NCBI GenBank assembly: GCA_016200255.1
Contig: JACQFA010000008.1
Span: 561-64,560 of the forward strand
Source of the DNA: Nitrospirota bacterium
Lineage (GTDB): Bacteria > Nitrospirota > Nitrospiria > JACQBZ01
Direction of reading: 5' to 3'
Length of the DNA stretch: 64,000 nucleotides
Shown: in pieces, positions 37,931 to 47,197 of the stretch
Layout: the number at the start of each line of letters is the position of its first letter
Position numbering within the stretch: position 1 is the stretch's first letter
Translations under genes and position numbers: made by a program
Notes under the pieces: generated by a model
What the model was told of the DNA's origin: nothing
Database searches by the model: none
What the model saw: the letters and a program-made list of their open reading frames with translations, nothing else

Positions 37931-38908
37931 TTACCATCGTACAAGGGCCGAAGCCCATGTCAGCCCCGCGCCGAAGGCCTCAAACAACACCAAATCACCG
38001 TCCTTGACCCGGCTCTGACGAACCGCCTCGTCCAAGGCGATCGGAATGGACGCCGCCGAGGTATTGCCGTACCGCTCCACATTGAGCATGACTTTTTCCA
38101 CCGGCAGACCCAGGCGTTGGGCCACGGCCATGATGATCCGGATATTGGCCTGGTGCGGAATCAGCAGGGAAAGTTCGGACGGTTGAACATGCGCGTCTTT
38201 CAGGGTTTCATAGACCGCCTCTTCCAATGTCCTCACGGCCACTTTAAAGGTTTCGTTCCCTTTCATTTTAATAAAGGGTTTCCGCTCGGCCAGCATGGAT
38301 GCGGACGGAGGAAGTCGGGAACCGCCGCCCGGCACCTGGATGAGGCTCCACAGCCTTCCGTCCGAATGCAGGTGGGTGGATAAAATCCCATGGTCGCCCT
38401 GGGTCCGTTGAAGGACCGCCGCACCGGCGCCGTCACCGAACAGGACGCAGGTATTCCGGTCGGTCCAATCGATGATCCGGGACATCACCTCGCTGCCGAT
38501 GATCAATACAGTCTTGTAAACCCCGTTGCGGATATACTGATCGGCCACCGAAAGGGCGAACAGAAAACCGGAACAGGCCGCGGACAGATCAAACGCCGCA
38601 GCCTGACGCGCCCCGAGTTGATCCTGAACAATGCAGGCCGTGGATGGGAAAAACATATCGGGTGTCGTTGTCGCCACGATGATCAGATCCAGATCGTTTG
38701 CATCGATTCGGGCCATCTCCAAGGCCCGGCGGGCCGCGTGAACGGCCAAATCCGATGCCGCTTCGCTTTCATCCGCGATCCGTCGTTCCCGGATGCCGGT
38801 CCGCTCCACGATCCAGTTTTCGGTCGTGTCCACGAGGCGTTCGAGATCCCGGTTCGTCATGATCCGCTTGGGAAGGTAGGAACCGGTGCCGATGATTCGG
38901 GTCTTCAT
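37931..38908 (-). CDS. fabH: Beta-ketoacyl-ACP synthase III.
   Basis: Active-site Cys region AACSGF, plus HQAN and NVERYGNTSAAS. Confidence 0.9.
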   Translation of the reverse strand: MKTRIIGTGSYLPKRIMTNRDLERLVDTTENWIVERTGIRERRIADESEAASDLAVHAARRALEMARIDANDLDLIIVATTTPDMFFPSTACIVQDQLGARQAAAFDLSAACSGFLFALSVADQYIRNGVYKTVLIIGSEVMSRIIDWTDRNTCVLFGDGAGAAVLQRTQGDHGILSTHLHSDGRLWSLIQVPGGGSRLPPSASMLAERKPFIKMKGNETFKVAVRTLEEAVYETLKDAHVQPSELSLLIPHQANIRIIMAVAQRLGLPVEKVMLNVERYGNTSAASIPIALDEAVRQSRVKDGDLVLFEAFGAGLTWASALVRW

Positions 38909-39997
38909 TCAGTCTCGTTTGGGGGAATGGAGATACTCTTCGTGCACTTTGTTGTAGAGGGCCATGCTCGTTTCGATATCTTTGTAGAGGGCCATGCTCG
39001 TTTCGATATCTTTCTGAATCCGTTCGTTTACCTGGCCCTCCGCCTGGGTCTTGGCCACCCGGATGGCGTTCTTGATCGCTTTGGCGGACGACCGTCCATG
39101 GCAGATAATCGAAATCCCGTTCACACCCAGGAGCGGAGCGCCGCCGTACTCGGCATAGTCCACCCGTTGCCGGAACCGCTGAAACGCGGGACGGAGGAAG
39201 AGATAGCCCAGCTTGCCTCCGAGCGTCGCCGCGATTTCGCGTTTTAAAAGCTTACCCAACGTATCCTCAAGTCCCTCGCTGATTTTCAGGGCGATATTGC
39301 CGATGAAACCGTCGCAGACAATCACATCGGCCGTTCCCGAATAAACGTCCCGGCCTTCGACGTTGCCGATGAAATTCAGCGGGCTGGCTTTGAGGATCTT
39401 GAAAGCCTCTTTGGTCACCTCGTTGCCTTTGGTATCCTCCTCACCGATGCTGAGCAGACCGATCTTCGGTTGAGTTTTTTGCAAAACCCACTCGGCATAC
39501 TCATGCCCCATGGTCGCGAATTGAAACAGATGAAGCGGTTTGCAATCGACGTTGGCGCCGACGTCCAGAAGGACGGCGCTGCCCGTCAAGGTCGGCAGAA
39601 CGGTTGCGATCGCGGGACGCTCCACACCCTGGAGCGGGCCGAGGATGAAGAGCGCGGTGGCCATGGTGGCGCCGCTGTTCCCCGCGCTGATCACGGCCAC
39701 GGCATCACCTTTTTTGACCTGTTCGGTCGCCACCCAGATGGACGAGTCCCGTTTTCGTCGGATGACAACGGAGGGGGCCTCTTCCATTTCCACTTTCTGG
39801 GCCGCATGCACAATGGAGACATCGAGCCCAGAAAGGTCATGCCGGCCAAGATCCTTTTGGATCACGGCAGAATCGCCGACCAGAAGAATCCCGATGCCGT
39901 ACTCTCTTGCGGCCAGAACGGCCCCTTCGACAATCGGGCCGGGCGCGCTATCCCCCCCCATTGCGTCAACGGCTATTTTTATTGAAGCGGCCGTCAC
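38909..39997 (-). CDS. plsX: Phosphate acyltransferase PlsX, carrying an in-frame 30-bp tandem duplication near its 3' end.
   Basis: PlsX fold (ICHGRSSAKAI). The C-terminus reads KDIETSMALYKDIETSMALYNKV. Confidence 0.85.
   Translation of the reverse strand: MTAASIKIAVDAMGGDSAPGPIVEGAVLAAREYGIGILLVGDSAVIQKDLGRHDLSGLDVSIVHAAQKVEMEEAPSVVIRRKRDSSIWVATEQVKKGDAVAVISAGNSGATMATALFILGPLQGVERPAIATVLPTLTGSAVLLDVGANVDCKPLHLFQFATMGHEYAEWVLQKTQPKIGLLSIGEEDTKGNEVTKEAFKILKASPLNFIGNVEGRDVYSGTADVIVCDGFIGNIALKISEGLEDTLGKLLKREIAATLGGKLGYLFLRPAFQRFRQRVDYAEYGGAPLLGVNGISIICHGRSSAKAIKNAIRVAKTQAEGQVNERIQKDIETSMALYKDIETSMALYNKVHEEYLHSPKRD
38951..39010 (-). repeat. Two perfect-but-one tandem copies of a 30-bp unit (TTGTAGAGGGCCATGCTCGTTTCGATATC plus one variable first base) inside the plsX 3' end.
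   Basis: 38951..38980 and 38981..39010 differ only at the first base. The result is an in-frame duplication of 10 amino acids. Confidence 0.8.
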
Positions 39998-40042
39998 CGT
40001 TGGAGTCCCCCGATCGTCCGAATTGAATCCGAACCGTTTCGA

Positions 40043-40225
40043 TTAGGTTTCTTTGATCGCAATGATCGTCTGACCTTTATAGGTGCCGCAGCTCAGACAA
40101 ACATAGTGAGGCCGCTTGGGTTCATGACATTGAGGACAGAGAACCAAGCTAGGGGCCGATAGTTTCTTGTGGGTCCGCCGCTTATCCCTGCGGGCTTTTG
40201 ATATTTTATGTTTTGGATGGGCCAT
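40043..40225 (-). CDS. rpmF: 50S ribosomal protein L32.
   Basis: [19 protein letters not shown] ... [22 protein letters not shown]. Confidence 0.9.
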   Translation of the reverse strand: MAHPKHKISKARRDKRRTHKKLSAPSLVLCPQCHEPKRPHYVCLSCGTYKGQTIIAIKET

Positions 40226-40245
40226 ACGATTTTAACCTCTCCTGA

Positions 40246-40797
40246 TTATTTTTTAATGATCTTCTTCAATCTCTCTTGGAACGGCGTCATGGGTGGACCG
40301 GCCTCTTCCGCCACGCAACAGCACGCCAAACGGTTCTGGTCCGCCCCACATTGCGGGCAGAGCCCGCGACAGTCGGAACGACATAATGGGTAGGTTGGCA
40401 AGGCCAGCAGAATCTGCTATCTCACCAACTCCTCCAGATCCATCGTGTCCCCCGAGTAGGTGTGTTCGTCCAGTTCTTCCCGACGGAGTTCATGCAACTC
40501 ACCCGGCGTCGTTTCGGATACCGATTCCCGGGGCTCCACATTGACCTGAAACGTTGCGCGCAACGGAAACGGAATCGCCACAAGACACCGAACGCACTGA
40601 AGCTCCGCCTCCGCGTCGGCTGCACCCGAAACATACACCGTGCGCTCCATGACGACCAGACGAGATTGGACGTGAATCGGCGCCACAAACTTGATGCCGG
40701 AGTCTTCTAAATCAAGCGCCGCCGGATCCATCTCGAACTGGAGATCAAGCCCTTCTCGAGGGATATCGGACAACGAAATCCGCATACAAGACCTCAA
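40246..40797 (-). pseudogene. yceD: DUF177 / YceD-family protein (large-subunit rRNA accumulation) with an in-frame TAG at 40417..40419. The frame continues through QILLALPTYPLCRSDCRGLCPQCGADQNRLACCC to a TAA at 40246..40248.
   Basis: The called ORF 40417..40797 lacks the family's C-terminal Cys cluster. The 57 codons immediately after the TAG, in the same frame, encode the canonical LLALP..P.C..DC.GLC..CG motif. TAG is one substitution from GAG (Glu) at a typically acidic position. Confidence 0.6.
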
Positions 40798-40910
40798 TAA
40801 ACTTTCAGATTATAGGGATGAGACACTCATTTGTCAAGGGAAATGGCCTCCAAAAAACGGAACTCATGCAACACATTGCAAACTTGGTCAAAAAACAGGA
40901 TAATGGCTTT

Positions 40911-41279
40911 ATGAAAAAATACACGTCTGATTCCTCAGGACAGTTGCGGGTCGGACTTCTCCTGTTTCTGACCCTCATCGGGGCTTGTGTCTATCTCGGT
41001 TTTCAGTTGGCCCCCTATTGGATCAATGCCTACGAGATGAAGGATGTTCTGGCCGAACAGGCCAGAACATCGGAACTGGCCTCGGACGAAACGATCCGGG
41101 CGGCCATCATCGAGAAGGCCGATCGACTGGGCATCGCCCTCACAGATCAAGACATCGATATTGACCGGTCTCCAACCGCAATCTCGATCTCGATCACCTG
41201 GCAGTTTGATTACAACTTCTTCGGACTGTACACCCATACCTTTGCCTTCTCTCCCCAGGCAACGTTTAGCCACCAGTGA
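40911..41279 (+). CDS. Small membrane protein (hypothetical, DUF-like). The likely start is the ATG at about 40911 (MKKYTSDSS...) rather than the ORF-track start at 40818.
   Basis: One transmembrane helix (VGLLLFLTLIGACVYLGF). An AGGA lies 10 nt upstream of the internal ATG. Convergent with tsaD and overlapping it by 14 nt. Confidence 0.45.
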   Translation: MKKYTSDSSGQLRVGLLLFLTLIGACVYLGFQLAPYWINAYEMKDVLAEQARTSELASDETIRAAIIEKADRLGIALTDQDIDIDRSPTAISISITWQFDYNFFGLYTHTFAFSPQATFSHQ

Positions 41280-42294
41280 AACCCGTTTCGCTCATCGCGA
41301 GTGTCGCCTGAGGGCTCATGGCAAGCGATGACTCCTTGCGCCCATTCATTCGAAAATATCCGGCCGCCGCGATCATGGCGCCGTTATCCGTACAATAGCC
41401 CGGGCTGGGGATTTTAAGCTGGAGGCCGCGTTCCTTGCAAATCTCCGTCAGCTGTCGTCGGAGGACGGTATTGGCGGCGACCCCGCCGGTCACGAACACG
41501 GTCCGGACCCGACGACGATCCGCCGCGGATAGGGTCTTTTCCACCAATACGTCCACGATGGCCTGCTGAAAAGCGGCCGCGACGTCCGGAGTGTTAACAT
41601 CGGATGCGCTTGGAAAACCGGATCGCTCCAGATAATAGCGCAGCGATGTCTTCAACCCGCTGAAACTCATGTCCAACGAATCGTGATTGAGACAAGGTCT
41701 TGGAAAAGTTAATCGCGTCGGATCGCCCGTCCTGGCAATCCGATCAATCGCCGGTCCTCCCGGATAAGACAACCCCATCATCTTGGCGCCCTTGTCAAAA
41801 GCCTCCCCCGCGGCATCGTCAACGCTTTGACCCAACGATTTCAAAGGACCATGAACCGGAACATAATAGAGCATGGTATGACCGCCGGAAACCACCAAGG
41901 CCACGGCCGGGAGATGCACAATGCGATTCTCCAGATGGACAGCCGCAATATGCCCTTCCAGATGGTGAACACCGATCAGCCTCAAGTGGTGGCGATAGGC
42001 CAATGCCTTCGCATAGGACAGACCCACCAACAAAGCCCCCATCAGACCGGGGCCCTGCGTCACAGCGATTCCGGACAAATCTTGAAAATCGATTTTTGCT
42101 TTATCCATGGCGGCACAGACCACATTCGAAATCACAGCAACATGCTGGCGACAGGCCAGTTCCGGAACAACGCCGCCATATTTTCGATGAATCGGAACTT
42201 GGGTCGATAGAACATTGGACAAGACCTCCCGTCCGTCTCTGACAACAGCGGCAGCCGTTTCATCGCATGATGTTTCTATGCCCAAGAGAAGCAC
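41266..42294 (-). CDS. tsaD: tRNA N6-adenosine threonylcarbamoyltransferase.
   Basis: LLGIETSCDETAAAV N-terminus and HxxGH metal site (HHLEGHIAA). Confidence 0.9.
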   Translation of the reverse strand: MLLLGIETSCDETAAAVVRDGREVLSNVLSTQVPIHRKYGGVVPELACRQHVAVISNVVCAAMDKAKIDFQDLSGIAVTQGPGLMGALLVGLSYAKALAYRHHLRLIGVHHLEGHIAAVHLENRIVHLPAVALVVSGGHTMLYYVPVHGPLKSLGQSVDDAAGEAFDKGAKMMGLSYPGGPAIDRIARTGDPTRLTFPRPCLNHDSLDMSFSGLKTSLRYYLERSGFPSASDVNTPDVAAAFQQAIVDVLVEKTLSAADRRRVRTVFVTGGVAANTVLRRQLTEICKERGLQLKIPSPGYCTDNGAMIAAAGYFRMNGRKESSLAMSPQATLAMSETGFTGG

Positions 42295-42334
42295 GTTACT
42301 CCCGATTAAGATTTATTTGAGATGCACATGAAAG

Positions 42335-43129
42335 CTAAGGCAAACGATCGAGATGTTTTTTTACCAGTTGTACGGCCTGCTCATGTTTACGAGTAGCCAG
42401 CGCCAGGAAGGTTTGATACTGTCGCTTTGACTCCTCAAAATATCCGGCCCGTTCGAGTAAAACCGCATAGTTCAAGTGCGGGTCCGGAAAATTCGGCTGG
42501 GTCGTAACCGCCTTTTGATAAAGGCGCTTGGCTTCCTCCAAGCGGTTCTGCCGCTCATAGAGGAGTCCAAGATTGTTCATGGCTTGAACATTTCTAGCGT
42601 CGAGCCGTAACGCCGACTGATAACGCGACTCGGCCTCTCCATCGCGACCCTGTTTCTTGAAAACCAGCCCGAGATCCGTCTGAATCGCCGATGACTCCGG
42701 GTCTAAAGACACCGCCAGCAATAACTCCCGCTCCGCCTCCGAAAGCTTTCCCTGCTCAAGATAACTTACGCCTGATTTTTCATGAGAAGCCGCCGTGCTT
42801 TTTGAATTCACGGGTTCCGGCTGAGGAGATGGCTTAGAAAAAGTGGCGCGGTCTCCGGAGCTTGACGGCGCGGGAAGTTCAACCGATGGTGAGGGGGAAA
42901 AAACGGCTTGAACCCGACGGGTTGCGAAAATACGAGTTAAGGCGTCGCGCTCCACGTATGCGAGAAATGCGACTGCCATGATAATGGTGAAAAGACCGAT
43001 CCGAAGAAGAATATCTTTAGAAAGAAAGGCGGACTGGGTGGCAAATCTGATCGTTCTAGATCCTTCAACCGCTGGCCCCGGGACTTCATCTCGAGTCGCT
43101 TTCTTCAGAGCCTCATGAATGATGCTCAT
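42335..43129 (-). CDS. Membrane-anchored TPR-repeat protein.
   Basis: One transmembrane helix followed by 4-5 TPR units (YLEQGKLSEAERELLLAV..., LGLLYERQNRLEEAKRLYQKAV...). Confidence 0.6.
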   Translation of the reverse strand: MSIIHEALKKATRDEVPGPAVEGSRTIRFATQSAFLSKDILLRIGLFTIIMAVAFLAYVERDALTRIFATRRVQAVFSPSPSVELPAPSSSGDRATFSKPSPQPEPVNSKSTAASHEKSGVSYLEQGKLSEAERELLLAVSLDPESSAIQTDLGLVFKKQGRDGEAESRYQSALRLDARNVQAMNNLGLLYERQNRLEEAKRLYQKAVTTQPNFPDPHLNYAVLLERAGYFEESKRQYQTFLALATRKHEQAVQLVKKHLDRLP

Positions 43130-43180
43130 AACACAACTTCACCCCATGAGCACAGGTCTCATCTGCAATCACTCAGCCGA

Positions 43181-45610
43181 TCAAACCCCCGCCAGCACTT
43201 CATCTTCAACAAAAGCGAGCGCATTGTCTTTCAGGACCACCTTGATTCGCTTGGCGTCCTTGAAACGCCCCTTGATCAGTTCTTCAGACAACGGATCACC
43301 GATACTCTTTTGAATGACGCGCCGCATGGGTCGAGCCCCGTAGGCCGGCTCATAGCCCTCCTTGGTAAGCCATGCTTTGACTTCCGGGCTCACCTCGAGT
43401 TGAATGCCGCGATCGGTAAGCCGTTGGTTGACCTCCTCGATCAAGATATCCACAATTTTGATCAGATGCCGCTTCTCCAAAGGATGGAAAACGACAATCT
43501 CATCAACCCGATTCAAAAATTCCGGATTGAACCCCTTCTTCAACTCGGACAAGACATCGTCCTTCATACGGCCCCGTCTCTCTTCTTCCCCTTCTTTCTG
43601 GAATCCAAGCGAGGTTCCCTTGTGGATCAGCTTGGTCCCAAGGTTGGAGGTCATGATCAGAACACAGTTCTTGAAATCCACCTTGCGGCCAAGACTGTCG
43701 GTCAGACAACCATCCTCCAAGACCTGGAGCAGCATGTGGAAAATCTCAGGATGGGCCTTTTCGATCTCGTCAAACAAGACAACCGAATAAGGCCGGCGCC
43801 GGACCGTTTCGGTCAACTGCCCTCCTTCTTCGTAACCCACATACCCCGGAGGGGCGCCGACGAGCCGCGATCCCGTGAACTTTTCCATGTACTCCGACAT
43901 GTCGATACGGATTAAAGCATTTTCGTCATCAAACAGGAACTCCGCCAGCGCTTTGGCCAGCTCGGTTTTTCCCACGCCGGTCGGTCCCAGGAAGATAAAC
44001 GATCCGATCGGTCTCTTGGCTTCTTTCAATCCGGCCCGGGAACGCCGGATGGCGCGGCAGATGGCCGTAATCGCTTCTTCCTGTCCCACGATGCGTTTAT
44101 GAAGCTCCTCTTCCATATGAAGAAGTTTCTGGGATTCCGCCTCTTCCAACTTATACAACGGAATCCCGGTCATTTTCGACACGACATACCCCACATCCTC
44201 TTTTGAGATCACCGGTCGATTTTTTTCCTGACTCTTTTTCCATTCCTGTTTCGCCTCTTCCAGCAGCCGTTTGTGCCGCTCTTCTTCCTCGCGAAGCTTG
44301 ACGGCCTCTTCAAAATTTTGGAGCGTAACAGCCAGCTCTTTATCGCGGGTCACCCGTTTCAGTTCCTGCTCCAATGCTTTCAGTTCATCGGGCAACGAAT
44401 AGCTCTTCATTTTCGCCCGCGAGCCGGTCTCATCAATCACATCAATCGCCTTGTCGGGCATGAAACGATCGGTGATGTAGCGATCCGACAGACGGACGGC
44501 CTCGACAATGGCCTCCTCCGTGATCTCGACACCATGGTGCTCTTCATACCGATCCCGAAGCCCTTTGATGATCTTGATGGTCTCCTCGGCACTGGGCGGC
44601 TGAACAAAGATCGGCTGGAATCGTCGCTTGAGGGCGCCGTCTTTTTCGATGTGCTTACGGTATTCATCCAGGGTCGTCGCTCCGATGCACTGAATCTCGC
44701 CCCGAGCCAGCGCCGGTTTGAGCATATTGGACGCATCAATGGAGCCTTCCGCCGCACCGGCGCCGACCAGCGTATGGAGTTCGTCAATAAAAATAATAAT
44801 GTTTCCAGCCTGGACAATCTCCTTCATGACCACTTTCAATCGTTCTTCAAATTGTCCGCGATACTTGGTCCCCGCCACCAGGGAACCCAGATCCAAGGCG
44901 ATCACGCGTCGGTTCAAAAGATTATCCGGAACTTCGGCCGAGACGATCCGCTGGGCCAATCCCTCTACGATCGCCGTCTTTCCAACCCCGGACTCTCCGA
45001 TCAGGGCCGGGTTATTCTTCGTCCGCCGGCATAAAATCTGAAGAACGCGTTCGATCTCGTCCGCGCGACCGATCACCGGATCCAGAGCTCCCTCGCTCGC
45101 CATCTGGGTCAGGTCCCGGCCGAACTCTTCCAGCGCAGGGGTGTTGCTTTTCTTTTCTCGCTCGCGGGGAACGGATTTGCGGAGAAAATTAACCGTAAGT
45201 TGGCGTGCGGTGAGCAGGTTGGCTCCCAGACTTCGAAGTATCTTGCCCCCGATGCCTTCTTCCTCACGGAGAAGACCCAACAGAAGATGCTCGCTCCCGA
45301 TATGGTTATGGCCAAGCAATCGCGCCTCTTCCACTGCAAACTCAATCACTTTTTTTACGCGAGGCGTGAATGGAATCTCGCCGAAGGTCATGGTGCTGCC
45401 GCCACTGGGCAGGTTCCGCTCAATCTCCAGACGAACCTGCTCGGGAGAAAGCCCCATCTTTTTTAAGATGGCCAACGCGATTCCATCCGTTTCCCTCAAG
45501 GTCGCCAGCGCCAGATGTTCGGTCCCGAGATAGTCGTTCTGATGGCGCTCGGCTTCTTCCCGAGCCAGGATGATGATCTTTCTTCCCTTATCCGTAAATC
45601 GCTCGAACAT
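43181..45610 (-). CDS. clpC: ATP-dependent Clp protease ATP-binding subunit ClpC-type AAA+ chaperone.
   Basis: Double Clp_N repeats. Two AAA+ modules ([16 protein letters not shown]). A UVR-like linker. Length 809 aa. Confidence 0.9.
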   Translation of the reverse strand: MFERFTDKGRKIIILAREEAERHQNDYLGTEHLALATLRETDGIALAILKKMGLSPEQVRLEIERNLPSGGSTMTFGEIPFTPRVKKVIEFAVEEARLLGHNHIGSEHLLLGLLREEEGIGGKILRSLGANLLTARQLTVNFLRKSVPREREKKSNTPALEEFGRDLTQMASEGALDPVIGRADEIERVLQILCRRTKNNPALIGESGVGKTAIVEGLAQRIVSAEVPDNLLNRRVIALDLGSLVAGTKYRGQFEERLKVVMKEIVQAGNIIIFIDELHTLVGAGAAEGSIDASNMLKPALARGEIQCIGATTLDEYRKHIEKDGALKRRFQPIFVQPPSAEETIKIIKGLRDRYEEHHGVEITEEAIVEAVRLSDRYITDRFMPDKAIDVIDETGSRAKMKSYSLPDELKALEQELKRVTRDKELAVTLQNFEEAVKLREEEERHKRLLEEAKQEWKKSQEKNRPVISKEDVGYVVSKMTGIPLYKLEEAESQKLLHMEEELHKRIVGQEEAITAICRAIRRSRAGLKEAKRPIGSFIFLGPTGVGKTELAKALAEFLFDDENALIRIDMSEYMEKFTGSRLVGAPPGYVGYEEGGQLTETVRRRPYSVVLFDEIEKAHPEIFHMLLQVLEDGCLTDSLGRKVDFKNCVLIMTSNLGTKLIHKGTSLGFQKEGEEERRGRMKDDVLSELKKGFNPEFLNRVDEIVVFHPLEKRHLIKIVDILIEEVNQRLTDRGIQLEVSPEVKAWLTKEGYEPAYGARPMRRVIQKSIGDPLSEELIKGRFKDAKRIKVVLKDNALAFVEDEVLAGV

Positions 45611-45690
45611 CGGACCTCCTCAGTCTTGACCGCGCTCACTGGAATAAGCCATGCAAATAAGAGAGGCTCTTGATTTCACTGTAAAAAAAA

Positions 45691-45719
45691 TGGCATTTCT
45701 ATAACGCCATCTGTTTTTT
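45691..45719 (-). terminator. Rho-independent terminator downstream of the acyl-ACP-reductase-like gene.
   Basis: ATGGC-(11 nt)-GCCAT hairpin between A8 and T6 runs. On the minus strand the hairpin is followed by a T8 run. Confidence 0.5.
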
Positions 45720-45859
45720 GCCTAACCTCTGAATCAGCGAATTTGCTTGATTTCATTGTAACCATTGGCCCTTCTATTGTCAAGATATTTCTCCCGACAC
45801 CAGCCTTGTTTTCGACCGATGCAAAAGGCAAGATACGGATCGGGAGGGCTGGATCTCAC

Positions 45860-47017
45860 TCAAATAACCGCATGAGGATGGCCTGAACGGACGGCTCGGA
45901 CGGTATCGAATTGTGCCGGATGAATGGTGCGGCCCTGCCACTGGAACTCCGCCAGTTCGAACCCGATCTCCTGACTGAGTTTTTCCAGTTCGAAAGCTAG
46001 TTCAAGATCTTTTTTGCCTTCGAGGTGTCGGCGTTCATACATCCGGTCCCAGCAGAGCAAAATGGTTTCTCCCAAACAACCAAACACCTCATCCTTATGA
46101 AGAAGCCCGAAATCAAAAGAGCAATCCATGCCGGATAGCCGCCCGACCCCTCCTTCAACGACGATTACATCCGGTCGATTCTCCATTAAATCCAGGGGGG
46201 TGCTGGTTGGCCGACTATCATCAAGAATAAGGGTTCCCGGAGGAAGATCGGCCGAATTCAGAACCGCTGAAATCGCATTGGTTGCCGCCACGATGATATC
46301 GGCTTTTTGCATCGGAGAAATATCTTTTGAGACTTCAATGGGGGCTTTTGTCTGCTTGGCCAGTTCCTCCCCGAGTTCGGTAAGCACTTTGATCCGACGA
46401 TCGACAAGAATAAGCCTTCCCACCTTTTCAGTCAACAGCTTACTCGTCAGTGAACCGACAAGGCCGGCTGCTCCGACAACAGCCACCGTGCAATCCTTTA
46501 GATCTAGTCCGGCCTTTTTGGCCAAATGCTCCGCACCCTGCTTGAGCAAAACAGACGTAAAGATACTACCGCTCGTAATCAAGGCCTTGACTCCGTCCAG
46601 CGACTCCCACTTCCCCCTCATAACCGATGCGGACAAAGCTCCCAGTCCGATCACTTTTGGACCCAACGTTTCACCGAGCCGAACGGAACGCAGGATTCTT
46701 TTTCGGGCCCGATCAAGATCCTTAAACATCTGCTCGGCCGTCAACGGACAGAAAACGACCCGCCCTCTCATTGGTTGACCCTCATGGGTTCTTATTCCAG
46801 AGATGGTCGGTCCAAAAACCGGCCAGAGGTGACGGGACAACCATTCGATAAACCAGCCCGGAGCCAATCGAAGCAAAGGGTACTTTCGATAAATGTCGGA
46901 GGGATAACGGGGATGGATGACAAAAACAAAGTCAACTGACCCGACCATAAATTGCACGATCGGCCTGGGGATCACATAAAGCAAACGATCGCGTAGGGTG
47001 CTCATTAAAGCTTTCAT
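45860..47017 (-). CDS. NAD(P)-dependent oxidoreductase resembling cyanobacterial long-chain acyl-ACP reductase (AAR family).
   Basis: Rossmann motif CTVAVVGAAGLVGS and overall collinearity with AAR (…ATVAVVGATGDIGS… / …LIDGGYP…). Confidence 0.5.
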   Translation of the reverse strand: MKALMSTLRDRLLYVIPRPIVQFMVGSVDFVFVIHPRYPSDIYRKYPLLRLAPGWFIEWLSRHLWPVFGPTISGIRTHEGQPMRGRVVFCPLTAEQMFKDLDRARKRILRSVRLGETLGPKVIGLGALSASVMRGKWESLDGVKALITSGSIFTSVLLKQGAEHLAKKAGLDLKDCTVAVVGAAGLVGSLTSKLLTEKVGRLILVDRRIKVLTELGEELAKQTKAPIEVSKDISPMQKADIIVAATNAISAVLNSADLPPGTLILDDSRPTSTPLDLMENRPDVIVVEGGVGRLSGMDCSFDFGLLHKDEVFGCLGETILLCWDRMYERRHLEGKKDLELAFELEKLSQEIGFELAEFQWQGRTIHPAQFDTVRAVRSGHPHAVI

Positions 47018-47197
47018 TATTTTGCAAGATCCCGGTTCATGATTCGCCCCCTAATTGTACTACACACTTTTCACGTGTCAACCTGTCATTTGTGCTTTAA
47101 AACTTTGGCTACTCAATTTGCCTCATTTTGTGATACTATTAACACTACATTCTTGGTTGGATTTCTTTGTTTTCGTTCTTCCTGATCGTAGGAGCCC

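Noticed and set aside
40246-40420. A +1 frameshift in the yceD C-terminal region, which I suspected at first.
   Set aside because: This was my own transcription slip. On re-reading the sequence the frame is continuous. Only the in-frame TAG remains.
47100-47130. Possible sigma-54 promoter (TGGCTACTCAATTTGCC) upstream of the 7TM histidine kinase.
   Set aside because: The GG...GC spacing is off by one from the -24/-12 consensus, and no enhancer-binding-protein gene is nearby.
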